Source: a virus. Taken from it: a DNA stretch of 64,000 nucleotides. A program made the position numbers and the translations under genes. Shown piece by piece: positions 17,468-26,877 of this stretch (position 1 is its first letter; each line of letters opens with the position of its first letter). The stretch is from the IMG/VR virus record IMGVR_UViG_3300030329_003387. One strand, 5' to 3'. The notes beneath the pieces are model-generated. The model searched no databases. It was not told the origin of the DNA and worked only from the letters and a program-made list of their open reading frames with translations.

Positions 17468-18321
17468 TAACAACCATAATTATCTCTAGAGATAGACCAG
17501 CACAGCTACACCTACTCTTGGAAAGCCTTAAGATAAATGGCGGCAACCTATTTGACATAACCGTTCTATACGAATCTTCGAGCGATTATTTTGAAGAAGG
17601 CTACAAACAAACACAGCACCACTTCTCTAAAAAATACAGAAGAGACGTTAGTTTTCCAATCAGGTGGAAAGCTAAAAAAAGCGAAAATATAAATGAAGAT
17701 CTTCTTGAATTGCTATCAAACCCTAGAGAGCTTGTATGTCTTTTTAACGACCAAAACATTTTGTTTGACAAGGTTTGCTCATATAGAAAAATAAAAAGTT
17801 TATTTACGCATCATAGTTTGTCCTCCTTGTCATTAAGACTCGGCAATAACACAGTTATACAAAACCCTTACGAGGCTGCTTCGTTTCATATAGATCAACC
17901 AAAAGAGGGCGACTTTGTTTTAGATAGATTTCTTGTGTGGGATGCAACAAAATTAAAAAGCTACACAAACTTTGCTACGCCATTTTCTACCAACGGTCAT
18001 ATATACTACTACAATCTAATAAAAAATGTTTTAGAAAGAACTAACGTTGATGATTTTGAGCAATTTGAACTGGTAGTTCAGAAAGCTTTATACAACGGCG
18101 CGTTTGTTGGAAAAATACCACCGAACATGGCGTGCTTAGAATATAGTGCTGTTTTACATAATTCATGCAACAAAGTTTCCGACTACAAGGTAACACGTTA
18201 TGACAACAGCGAACTAGGAATCAATCACAGATATACAGATGGAATGAGAATACAGTACAATGATTTTGATTTCAAACATGTGTCAAAACCATATCAAGAT
18301 TTTACGGTGTATTTTAGATGA
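17464..18321 (+). CDS. GT-A-like protein (paralog of 8046-8888)
   Basis: SRDRPAQLHLLLES, SLRLGNNT, PFSTNGH. Confidence 0.55.
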   Translation: MITTIIISRDRPAQLHLLLESLKINGGNLFDITVLYESSSDYFEEGYKQTQHHFSKKYRRDVSFPIRWKAKKSENINEDLLELLSNPRELVCLFNDQNILFDKVCSYRKIKSLFTHHSLSSLSLRLGNNTVIQNPYEAASFHIDQPKEGDFVLDRFLVWDATKLKSYTNFATPFSTNGHIYYYNLIKNVLERTNVDDFEQFELVVQKALYNGAFVGKIPPNMACLEYSAVLHNSCNKVSDYKVTRYDNSELGINHRYTDGMRIQYNDFDFKHVSKPYQDFTVYFR

Positions 18322-19289
18322 AAATTATATGCACAACAGTCGTTAGAGCTGCAAAGCAGGGCGATATTCACGGCGGTTTATACGTTGTTGATGTTGATAC
18401 AGAGGAGGTTGTTCACTATGAGCCTTATCAAAAAGATTTTATCAATGATAATGAGCGTGGAGGAGAAAGAGGTCTGCGTGGCATTTGTGTTCTTCCTGAT
18501 CGCATTATCGTTTCTGATTCTGCCGGTTTTATTGAGCTAAATAAAAATGACTACTCCATAGTAAAGTCACACCAAGACCCGACAGCCTTCAAATCTATTC
18601 ACGAAATATGCTATCACGACGGTTTCATATGGGCTACATCAACAGCTTATGACGCTATAGTAAAAGTTGACCTAGATTTTAACCTTCATGGATTTTGGGA
18701 AATAAAAGGGAAGAGTCTACCAGACCACAAAGCCTTTACAGGTAAAGAAAAGATAGACCCTAAAGACCGTTCTCATGATGACAACTATCACATAAATTCA
18801 ATATGCACACATGATGGAGAACTTCTTTTTTCAGGGCTAATAACTGGCCTGTACAATTTTGAAGATGTCAAGGCTGTAACGCCTATGCCATATATATCAG
18901 GTAGTATACTGCAAGAGATGGGTATAGCGTCTCCAAACATGAGAGTTACAAAAGCTGCAAGCTTTATACATAACTTTTATGAATATGAAGATATGTTTGT
19001 TGCTAACTTTACAAGCTTTAGTTGTTTAGGCATAGCTAACAAGCAGATGGGAGGAGTTGTGTTCGACGTAGCTCCCATACCAAGATCTAAGAAAGCAAAA
19101 TTTTGTGTTGACGAAATAGCAGTAAACAACTGGAACAGAGGTCTTGCAAGACATGACAACCTATTGTTTGTAGGTTCTTCTCCTGCTAGAATACTTGTTT
19201 ATGATTTGAACAAGGCTGAGTTCATTAAGGAAATACAACTAGAGGAAGATATAAGACATGCGATACATGGACTGGAGGTTTTAGGATGA
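18318..19289 (+). CDS. Putative beta-propeller protein
   Basis: GLRGI, HINSI and WNRGLA blade-like repeats. Confidence 0.55.
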   Translation: MKIICTTVVRAAKQGDIHGGLYVVDVDTEEVVHYEPYQKDFINDNERGGERGLRGICVLPDRIIVSDSAGFIELNKNDYSIVKSHQDPTAFKSIHEICYHDGFIWATSTAYDAIVKVDLDFNLHGFWEIKGKSLPDHKAFTGKEKIDPKDRSHDDNYHINSICTHDGELLFSGLITGLYNFEDVKAVTPMPYISGSILQEMGIASPNMRVTKAASFIHNFYEYEDMFVANFTSFSCLGIANKQMGGVVFDVAPIPRSKKAKFCVDEIAVNNWNRGLARHDNLLFVGSSPARILVYDLNKAEFIKEIQLEEDIRHAIHGLEVLG

Positions 19290-19501
19290 CGTTCAATGAG
19301 GATCTCGCTGTAAAAAACGGCGCTGAAAAAATGAAAATTTCTGACGACAGGTCAGCGTGGGTGTTGCCAGAAAAAGAATCGTTTCGTAAAATGATAGCCT
19401 ACGCTCAAAAAGAAAGGTGGATTTGGATTCATCCACAGTATAAAAATGGGCAAGACGATAAGAAGAAAAAGCAAAAAAGACAAGAAACGTCTAAAGCGTG
19501 A
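19286..19501 (+). CDS. Small hypothetical protein
   Basis: ORF track; overlapping start and stop. Confidence 0.6.
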   Translation: MTFNEDLAVKNGAEKMKISDDRSAWVLPEKESFRKMIAYAQKERWIWIHPQYKNGQDDKKKKQKRQETSKA

Positions 19502-20022
19502 ACGAAGAACAAGAACAAAAAAACGCGATGACTCGTCCAACTTGGGATGAGTATTTCATAAATTTTGCACAATTAACAGCAACCAGAAGTCCCGACTCTC
19601 AAACGAAAGTTGGGTGCGTTTTGGTTCATAAGAACAGGGTAATCAGTGCTGGTTACAACGGTTTTTGTACCGGCGTGATTGACGACGACCTTCCTACTTC
19701 TAGGCCGGACAAATATCCCTTCATGGTTCATGCTGAACAAAATGCAATAAGCAATATGATAATAAGGCCGAAAAAGAAGGTGATAGCCTATGTTACACAC
19801 ATGCCTTGTTACAGGTGCGCTAAATTGCTTTGGCAAAACAACATAAAAACTTGGAAAATTTTAGCTGGACAAAAAGCACACGGCTATTCCGAGGAAGATA
19901 AGCTAATACACGACCATCTGTTTGAAAATGGACTTAAGATAGATTGGATTACCCCAAGATGGTCTTACTTGAACGATCTTGTGGTAGACAAAGAAAATGA
20001 TAAGCAGCTATCGCTTTTCTAG
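19498..20022 (+). CDS. dCMP deaminase
   Basis: WDEYF, GYNG, HAEQNAI, PCYRC zinc motifs. Confidence 0.92.
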   Translation: MNEEQEQKNAMTRPTWDEYFINFAQLTATRSPDSQTKVGCVLVHKNRVISAGYNGFCTGVIDDDLPTSRPDKYPFMVHAEQNAISNMIIRPKKKVIAYVTHMPCYRCAKLLWQNNIKTWKILAGQKAHGYSEEDKLIHDHLFENGLKIDWITPRWSYLNDLVVDKENDKQLSLF

Positions 20023-20030
20023 TGTATAAT
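20022..20030 (+). promoter_or_regulatory. GTGTATAAT promoter-like motif, copy 4
   Basis: Upstream of the structured nrdJ leader. Confidence 0.6.
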
Positions 20031-20033
20031 AAA

Positions 20034-20186
20034 ATGTCGGGGTTTAAAGAGTTAGCATAAAGACTGGACTAAAGTAACACCTCCTCGACGTGCAATAAGC
20101 CCTAAGCGCTTAGTTTAACCTTGTGATTTTTTTTAACCTAGACAAACCGCTTAGGTTTTAGGTGTTACTTTTTTACGGAGTCATAC
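20034..20186 (+). ncRNA. Structured 5' leader of nrdJ (candidate cis-regulatory RNA)
   Basis: AAAGTAACACCT (20071-82) pairs with AGGTGTTACTTT (20160-71); inner CCTAAGCG/CGCTTAGG; 8-aa uORF. Confidence 0.5.
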
Positions 20187-22388
20187 ATGTCTGTTCGAGA
20201 ACTTTCTGATTATACTTTTGTGGCAAAATATGCAAGATGGATACCGGAAAAGAAGAGAAGAGAAACTTGGGACGAAGCCGTTAGTCGAGTAAAGCAAATG
20301 ATGCTTGACAAGTATTTCGACAAACCTGAAATACACGAAGACATTGAGTGGGCTTACGAGATGATGCGAAAGAAGCGAGTTCTTGGATCTCAAAGAGCCT
20401 TACAGTTTGGTGGAAAACCAATCTTTAAACACAACGCAAGAATCTATAATTGCATCACCTCTTTTTGTGATCGACTGCGTTTCTTTCAAGAATGTATGTA
20501 TCTTTTGTTGTGCGGTTGTGGTACTGGCTTTTCTGTACAGAAGCACCACGTAGAAAAACTACCACCTCTGATTAGAAATAAAAGCGGAACTAAGAAGTTT
20601 GTCATACCAGATACCATTGAGGGGTGGTCAGACGCCGTTGGTGTTTTAGTGGCTAGCTATTTCGATCAAGATGAACTATTCCCAGAGTACGTAGGCAAAA
20701 GCGTAAACTTTGATTACTCTGAAATTAGACCAGCCGGAGCATTCTTAAATTCTAGCGGCGGTAAAGCTCCCGGTCCAGAACCCCTAAAAAATGCCCTATC
20801 TAGCATCAGAAAAATTTTAGACAAGGCGCTTAAAGAGCTAGAGTTCTGTGACAAGTCAATAAGAGATCTCACTCCAATTCAAGCTTACGACATAGTTATG
20901 CACAGTGCGGATGCTGTTATTTCTGGCGGCGTTCGCAGAAGCGCTACTATATGTTTATTTAGCGCAGATGATGAGGAGATGGCAAAAGCTAAGACTGGAT
21001 CTTGGTTTGTGGAGAACCCACAAAGAGGACGTTCTAATAATTCAGCCTTGTTGTTAAGAGACAAAACAACGGCAGAACAGTTCTCTGAATTAATGAAATC
21101 AGTACAAGAATTTGGAGAGCCGGGTTTTGTATGGTCTGACTCTACAGAATTAATAGTCAATCCTTGTGTTGAGATTGGCATGTGGCCTGTAGATGAAACA
21201 ACCGGCGAGAGCGGTTGGCAGGCTTGCAATCTAAGTACAATTAATTGCGCTAAGATAAAAACGGAGGAAGACTTCCTTGAAGCCTGTAAAGCCGCTTCTA
21301 TAATTGGCTCTCTTCAGGCTGGGTTTGCAAAATTTCCCTACCTCGGAAAGGCAAGCGAGAATATTGTTAGTAGAGAGGCACTTCTAGGCGTTTCCATGAC
21401 AGGTATAATGGAGAAACATGAGATATGTTTAAATCCTGACACGCAGAAGCAAGGGGCTAAAGTAGTTAAAGATGAAAACAAAAGAGTCGCTAAGATCATC
21501 GGAACCAATCAAGCCGCTAGAACTACTTGTATTAAGCCTGAAGGTACTAGCAGTTGTGTTCTTGGTACTTCCTCTGGTATCCATCCACATCATGCTAAGC
21601 GTTATATACGAAGGGTTCAAGCGAATAAGATGGAACCCATTTACAACTACTTCAGAGAAGTGAACCCAAGAGCTTGTGAAGAGTCTGTATGGTCTAACAA
21701 TGATAGCGACGATGTAGTTGCATTTTGCGTAGAAGTTCCTGCGGGATCTAAGACTAAGAATCAAGTTGGAGCTATAGACCTCCTAACACATGTAAAAAGC
21801 ACACAGCAAAGCTGGGTAATTCCCGGCACTAATAAATCCCTGTGTACCAAGCCTTGGCTTGTACACAATGTTTCTAATACGATTAATGTAAAACCAGATG
21901 AATGGGAAGAAGTAGAGAAGTTTATTTATAAAAACAGGAAATACTTCTGTGGTATATCTTTGTTGCCAATTACTGGAGACAAGGACTATCCCCAAGCGCC
22001 ATTCACCGCAATCTACCTACCAACAGAACAGGTTCGTCACTACGGAGACGCATCTTTGTTTGTCAGCGGTCTTATAGAGGTCGCCCTTAACCTATGGGAA
22101 GACAACCTATGGTCGGCCTGCGACTCACTTTTAGGTGTCGGAGCTAAGATAAAGGGTAACGGAAAAAAAGAGTGGGCTGACAGATGCAAGAAGTTTGCGG
22201 ATAGATATTTTGAAGGAGACCTAAGAAAGCTTACCTATTGCATGAAAGATGTCTACAACTGGAAAGAGTGGGTGGACTTAAATAGGGAGTTTACTAAGGT
22301 TGACTATACGGAAGTTATAGAGGAAGAAAACAACGTCAAGCCCGAACAGGAATGGGCTTGCGCCGGAGGAAAGTGCGACATCATCTAA
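20187..22388 (+). CDS. nrdJ: Class II (adenosylcobalamin-dependent) ribonucleotide reductase
   Basis: GCGTGFSV, GGVRRSA, NPCVE, TTCIKPEGT and C-terminal CAGGKC; no beta subunit nearby. Confidence 0.9.
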   Translation: MSVRELSDYTFVAKYARWIPEKKRRETWDEAVSRVKQMMLDKYFDKPEIHEDIEWAYEMMRKKRVLGSQRALQFGGKPIFKHNARIYNCITSFCDRLRFFQECMYLLLCGCGTGFSVQKHHVEKLPPLIRNKSGTKKFVIPDTIEGWSDAVGVLVASYFDQDELFPEYVGKSVNFDYSEIRPAGAFLNSSGGKAPGPEPLKNALSSIRKILDKALKELEFCDKSIRDLTPIQAYDIVMHSADAVISGGVRRSATICLFSADDEEMAKAKTGSWFVENPQRGRSNNSALLLRDKTTAEQFSELMKSVQEFGEPGFVWSDSTELIVNPCVEIGMWPVDETTGESGWQACNLSTINCAKIKTEEDFLEACKAASIIGSLQAGFAKFPYLGKASENIVSREALLGVSMTGIMEKHEICLNPDTQKQGAKVVKDENKRVAKIIGTNQAARTTCIKPEGTSSCVLGTSSGIHPHHAKRYIRRVQANKMEPIYNYFREVNPRACEESVWSNNDSDDVVAFCVEVPAGSKTKNQVGAIDLLTHVKSTQQSWVIPGTNKSLCTKPWLVHNVSNTINVKPDEWEEVEKFIYKNRKYFCGISLLPITGDKDYPQAPFTAIYLPTEQVRHYGDASLFVSGLIEVALNLWEDNLWSACDSLLGVGAKIKGNGKKEWADRCKKFADRYFEGDLRKLTYCMKDVYNWKEWVDLNREFTKVDYTEVIEEENNVKPEQEWACAGGKCDII

Positions 22389-22531
22389 TGCTTAGAAGTA
22401 TTACAATAGACAATGACATGCTAAAATGGATCGCTAAAAAACTCAACGAAGAAGTAGAAGCTGGTAACAAAATTACCAGAAGCACTCTCTCAAGTTTGAT
22501 TTGGGAATACGAAAAAAAGGAAGAAAAGTGA
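22388..22531 (+). CDS. Small ribbon-helix-helix-like protein (47 aa; not in ORF track)
   Basis: MLRSITIDNDMLKWIAKKLNEEVEAGNKITRSTLSSLIWEY; overlaps the nrdJ stop and dut start. Confidence 0.5.
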   Translation: MLRSITIDNDMLKWIAKKLNEEVEAGNKITRSTLSSLIWEYEKKEEK

Positions 22532-22962
22532 ATTACGATTACAACTTTTTTGAAGTCAAGCAGCTACACGAATCATCTCAAGTCCCAACGAAGGGTCATC
22601 TAAACGATGCCGGTTGGGATTTGTATTCTTTTGAAACCGTAAGCATCCCATCAGATGCAACTGTATTAGTCTCCACCGGAATAGCGGTTGCAATACCAAA
22701 AGGTTATGCTGGATTAATATGGGATAGATCCTCTATGGGTGTAAAAGGTGTTCATAGACATGCTGGCGTTATAGACTCTGAGTATAGGGGTGAGGTAAAA
22801 GTTTGCTTGCATAACACCACTAAAGAGACGTACCATATAGAGAAGGGGGACAGAATAGCTCAATTATTAATACAAGAAGTCCCAACCTTTATACAGCATG
22901 TTGTAAAAGAGTTAGATTCCACCCAAAGAGGTGATGGAGGCTTTGGCTCTACAGGTAAATAA
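22528..22962 (+). CDS. dut: Trimeric dUTPase
   Basis: AGWDL, RSS, GVIDSEYRGE, RIAQL, RGDGGFGSTG. Confidence 0.95.
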   Translation: MNYDYNFFEVKQLHESSQVPTKGHLNDAGWDLYSFETVSIPSDATVLVSTGIAVAIPKGYAGLIWDRSSMGVKGVHRHAGVIDSEYRGEVKVCLHNTTKETYHIEKGDRIAQLLIQEVPTFIQHVVKELDSTQRGDGGFGSTGK

Positions 22963-22963
22963 A

Positions 22964-23635
22964 ATGCCCAGAAGAAAAAAACCAGAAGCAGGACAACCAA
23001 CTAAAAGAAGGAAAGCTTTAAAACCTAAAACTAAAAATCAAGAAGGTTACATCAGAACTATATCAGAAAATGACGTAACTTTCTGTACCGGCCCAGCAGG
23101 TACAGGAAAAACAGCGGTAGCTGTTGGCTTGGCTTGCGATTATTTGTTAGATAAAAGGGTTGAGAAGATAATTGTAACTAGACCTGTAATTGAAAGTGGT
23201 AGGGGTTTAGGTTTCCTGCCCGGAACTTTTGAAGAAAAAATACATCCTTATCTTGTGCCTGTACTGGAAGAGATGCAGTACAGGTTAAATAGCAATAGAG
23301 TTCAAGCATACAGAGAAGAAGGCAAGATAGAAGTAGTGCCTTTGGAATATATGAGAGGGCGAAATTTCCATAATTGCTTTATGATATTAGATGAAGCACA
23401 AAACGCCACTTTTGAACAGCTAAAAATGTTTATAACGAGAATCGGCTGGGATTCAAAAGCTGTCATCAATGGAGACATTGAGCAAACAGACCTCCTAAAA
23501 AAAGACCAAGGCGGTCTTGAGGAGTTTCTTGAGCGTCTTGATGACATTGATGGTGTCGGCATTTCCGAACTTACGGAAGAGGACATTGTCAGAAATAGTA
23601 TTATTTCAAGAATTCTTAACGCACTGTACGATTAA
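22964..23635 (+). CDS. phoH: PhoH family ATPase
   Basis: GPAGTGKT, LGFLPG, YMRGR, LDEAQN, GDIEQTD. Confidence 0.95.
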   Translation: MPRRKKPEAGQPTKRRKALKPKTKNQEGYIRTISENDVTFCTGPAGTGKTAVAVGLACDYLLDKRVEKIIVTRPVIESGRGLGFLPGTFEEKIHPYLVPVLEEMQYRLNSNRVQAYREEGKIEVVPLEYMRGRNFHNCFMILDEAQNATFEQLKMFITRIGWDSKAVINGDIEQTDLLKKDQGGLEEFLERLDDIDGVGISELTEEDIVRNSIISRILNALYD

Positions 23636-23636
23636 T

Positions 23637-23990
23637 ATGCCAACATATGATTATCAATGTAACACCTGTGGAATTGAATTTGAGCAATTTCACGGCTTTA
23701 ACGAAGAGCCTTCCCCTTGCAAATGCGGAAGTTCAGATATAAAAATTGTTATCAATCAGCCTCCCATCGGCTTTGTAAAGGGAGAAGCCAAAACTCTTGG
23801 GCAGCTTGCCGAGAGAAATACAAAAAAGATGGGACGTTACGAGCTTGATGACAAAAGAGCTTACCAAAATGCAGAGAAGAAAGAAAAGAAAAAAGACTGG
23901 TGGGAAAAGTCTGGAGATGCCAGCAAATCCGATATAAACAAAATGAGCAAGTCTCAAAAAGCAAAATACATTAGAGACGGGAAAAAGTAA
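23637..23990 (+). CDS. FmdB-family zinc-ribbon protein
   Basis: MPTYDYQCNTCG...CKCGS. Confidence 0.8.
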   Translation: MPTYDYQCNTCGIEFEQFHGFNEEPSPCKCGSSDIKIVINQPPIGFVKGEAKTLGQLAERNTKKMGRYELDDKRAYQNAEKKEKKKDWWEKSGDASKSDINKMSKSQKAKYIRDGKK

Positions 23991-24292
23991 TGGAATTTAA
24001 GAAGTATGTAGAAAGAGCTAAAGGCGAGTTTATAGTTGTGACATGTGCCGACTGTGATAGACCATTACTGAATGTCATCAAGACAGGAGACACAGAAGAC
24101 AAACATTTTATAAAAGCTCATTGCGTAAATAAGAGATGTACCCCGCAAAATACCAGAGGCGAGAGCTGGGTTCATGAAATTAATGGATCTTTTGTATATG
24201 CAACAATAAAAGAAAGAGATATAATAGAGTCTATGGAAGAAGATGAGGATGGTGTAATGAATATACACATGAGGAAAAAGAAAAATGACTAG
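23990..24292 (+). CDS. Hypothetical zinc-binding protein
   Basis: CADC and CVNKRC. Confidence 0.6.
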   Translation: MEFKKYVERAKGEFIVVTCADCDRPLLNVIKTGDTEDKHFIKAHCVNKRCTPQNTRGESWVHEINGSFVYATIKERDIIESMEEDEDGVMNIHMRKKKND

Positions 24293-24596
24293 TGAATTTT
24301 TTGAACAAGAACAGTTTGATTACACCTACTACAACTCTGACGGATCGGAATCTCAGGAAGACGAAGATAATTCATGCGCTTATCTAGCAAAAAGCAAAAA
24401 AGTGGAAAAGTACTACGTCAAGTTTTTTAGGGGTAGAGTCATAGACCCCTATGGAATGGATTCTGGCAAGCTCAAGTCAAACATGACAGAGTATAAAAAA
24501 GTTCAAAAGAACACCTTTAAGTTTTACGTTGAGTATTTAAAAACTAGAAAATCAAGCTATTTGTCTTGGGCCGAGAGGAGCGTTATTGATGTCTAA
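24285..24596 (+). CDS. Hypothetical protein
   Basis: ORF track; overlaps neighbours. Confidence 0.7.
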   Translation: MTSEFFEQEQFDYTYYNSDGSESQEDEDNSCAYLAKSKKVEKYYVKFFRGRVIDPYGMDSGKLKSNMTEYKKVQKNTFKFYVEYLKTRKSSYLSWAERSVIDV

Positions 24597-24918
24597 AAGA
24601 AAAACAGGAAAGCTAACCAAGGTAGAGAAGTTCTATATCGACAACAACACAGATAAGACTGTAGAAGAAATAGCTAAAGATCTTAATAGAACAGAGAACG
24701 CTGTAAACAAATACATTAGCGAGTCTACAGACACGGGTCATGTTGACACAGCTCAGGATGAAAAATCCACAGTTGGAGAGCTTATGGGTCACAAAGAAGA
24801 TCGTGGAGTTACAATCATGACGCCAGCTGCGTCCGAATTAGCCGATGAAACTAGACCTACAAGAGTTCAAAACACCACAAGATACAGTGATGCAATTCAT
24901 ATAATTAAAGACAAATAA
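24589..24918 (+). CDS. Hypothetical HTH-like protein
   Basis: KTVEEIAKDLNRTENAVNKYI. Confidence 0.55.
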   Translation: MSKRKTGKLTKVEKFYIDNNTDKTVEEIAKDLNRTENAVNKYISESTDTGHVDTAQDEKSTVGELMGHKEDRGVTIMTPAASELADETRPTRVQNTTRYSDAIHIIKDK

Positions 24919-24919
24919 T

Positions 24920-25423
24920 ATGAACTTATCTGATATACCAGACCGCGAATACAACGTGGCAAAGCAATTAGATTCTTATGTAAATCAGTACGGCGACAAG
25001 AACCCAATGTGGATAGCCGAACTTTCAAACGGCGAAACTATCTACCAAGATGACGGCAGACCCAACGCAACACCAGAAAGTGCTTGGGCTAGGCTAAAGA
25101 TCTACTGCGAAAACGAAGGTTTGCATGTCACAAACTTAAAAATTAAAAATAGATCCAACGCAAAAGATGTTCCCGCCAACAAGGACGGATACTTCTTTTG
25201 TAAATGTGCATCAGCTTTTATGTTTGGTGGCGAGACTTTACACTCATTCATCGTTGGATATTTGGATAATGGCAGACTGCTTGTTAGAAAATGGGCTATG
25301 CCGGAAATGATTTTAGAAAGAGTTGAAGAACGAGACCCCTTCGCAAACCCTGACTGCTTGATAGCGAAGGATGGAGCATTGAATGGACAATTACAAACAC
25401 AAAACGACGGGTCAGCCGTGTAA
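24920..25423 (+). CDS. Hypothetical protein
   Basis: ORF track. Confidence 0.7.
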   Translation: MNLSDIPDREYNVAKQLDSYVNQYGDKNPMWIAELSNGETIYQDDGRPNATPESAWARLKIYCENEGLHVTNLKIKNRSNAKDVPANKDGYFFCKCASAFMFGGETLHSFIVGYLDNGRLLVRKWAMPEMILERVEERDPFANPDCLIAKDGALNGQLQTQNDGSAV

Positions 25424-25793
25424 TGCCGCTGAATACATAGCGGAAATGGTTTGCTTGAGAAAAGCTGAATCGCAAAATGTCGGAAGGCCAGCTTACGCAT
25501 TATGGAATACGGCTAAGTGGAAAAAAGAATTCCAAAGCCAGATAACTAAAGCCTACCAGCTTCTAAAAAAATATACCGACAAGGCCATAATCTCAGCGCT
25601 AAACTCCCCCAAAGGAAAACGCATATATTCCTTGAGGGTCAAAAATCTAGAACCTCTTGTAAAACAATCCCAAAAACAGTTGGATAAAATTAATCCCGAC
25701 GTGATAGAATATACAGACAATACAAAAGCAAGACCTTCCAAACCTTATGGTCGAGAAAGTAAAATCAGCAAACTTAGGAAGTTAGATGGCTAA
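25383..25793 (+). CDS. Basic hypothetical protein
   Basis: ORF track; GGAG RBS. Confidence 0.7.
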   Translation: MDNYKHKTTGQPCNAAEYIAEMVCLRKAESQNVGRPAYALWNTAKWKKEFQSQITKAYQLLKKYTDKAIISALNSPKGKRIYSLRVKNLEPLVKQSQKQLDKINPDVIEYTDNTKARPSKPYGRESKISKLRKLDG

Positions 25794-26877
25794 GAAAAAA
25801 GAACTTTCAATCTTTGATACGCTCGTAAAAAAGTACGGCGAAGACGTTGTTAAAAGCGGCAAAGAAGTATTTGAAGAAATTAAAAATAAGCAAATTATTC
25901 CTGTCAGCCCTTGTCTAGATTACGCTCTTGGCGGCGGAATCCAAGAAGGTAGTTGGGTTCAAATGATAGGAGATCCAAAGAGCGGCAAAACAACGACCGC
26001 CTTGCAAATAGCCGCTAACGCACAGAAAGAAGCCTATGGCTCAAGAGATGTATGGTACATAAATGTAGAGGGAAGACTAAATAGAAAAAACTTGGAAGGA
26101 ATAAAAGGCTTAGACGTTGATAAAATCAACATATTTGAATCACCTTCTGAAACTCTAAGCGCAGAGAAGTACTTAGGGGCTATAGAAAGAATAGTCAAAG
26201 AATGTCCGGGTTCTGTCATTATCATTGATTCTGTTTCTTCTATGATAGCACAAAAAGATTTAGACGAAGAAGTTAGAGGAGACTACAGGCCGGGACTCCA
26301 AAAGATACTATCTAACTTCACAAAGAAACTTGGCGGCGTAGTTCCTAAACAAGGTGTAATTATAATCATGATTACACACTACATATCCAATGTCTCTGGC
26401 TATGGAAAAAAGAAGGTAGCTGACGGTGGTGTAAAAATACAATATCAAGCTGACACTATTTTAGAAATAAACAGAGTTCAGCCTTGGAAGGTTGACGACA
26501 AGGCAGACTCGCAACAGGTGGGTCAGTGCATCTTATGGAAAGTTGTCACTTCTTCTGCCGGAGGATTTACCGGAGGTGGAGCCGTTAGCTGGCTTCGTTA
26601 CGGCGTTGGCCTTGACAAAAAGCAAGAGTTATTTTCACAGGCGGTTGATTTTGATATTATCGAACAGGCTGGTGCGTGGTATACTTGCCACTTCGCTATT
26701 GACAGCCCAGATTCCGTAGCCGATATTCTGTCTGAAAAAGAAGTCGATCCATCAGATGAAGATGCCGTATTAAGACTTTTTAAATTTCAAGGACAGGCTA
26801 AGCTATTAGACTTCATGGATGAGTATCCACATCTCTGGGACTTGCTTGACAGCACAATGAGGGAGATATTGTATTGA
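25786..26877 (+). CDS. recA: RecA/UvsX-like recombinase
   Basis: LDYALGGG, GDPKSGKTT, IIIDSV, QAGAWY. Confidence 0.92.
   Translation: MAKKKELSIFDTLVKKYGEDVVKSGKEVFEEIKNKQIIPVSPCLDYALGGGIQEGSWVQMIGDPKSGKTTTALQIAANAQKEAYGSRDVWYINVEGRLNRKNLEGIKGLDVDKINIFESPSETLSAEKYLGAIERIVKECPGSVIIIDSVSSMIAQKDLDEEVRGDYRPGLQKILSNFTKKLGGVVPKQGVIIIMITHYISNVSGYGKKKVADGGVKIQYQADTILEINRVQPWKVDDKADSQQVGQCILWKVVTSSAGGFTGGGAVSWLRYGVGLDKKQELFSQAVDFDIIEQAGAWYTCHFAIDSPDSVADILSEKEVDPSDEDAVLRLFKFQGQAKLLDFMDEYPHLWDLLDSTMREILY

Noticed and set aside
20031-20186. Canonical cobalamin riboswitch upstream of nrdJ
   Set aside because: Conserved GGGAA / GCCACTG B12-box elements were not found by eye; kept only as an unclassified structured leader
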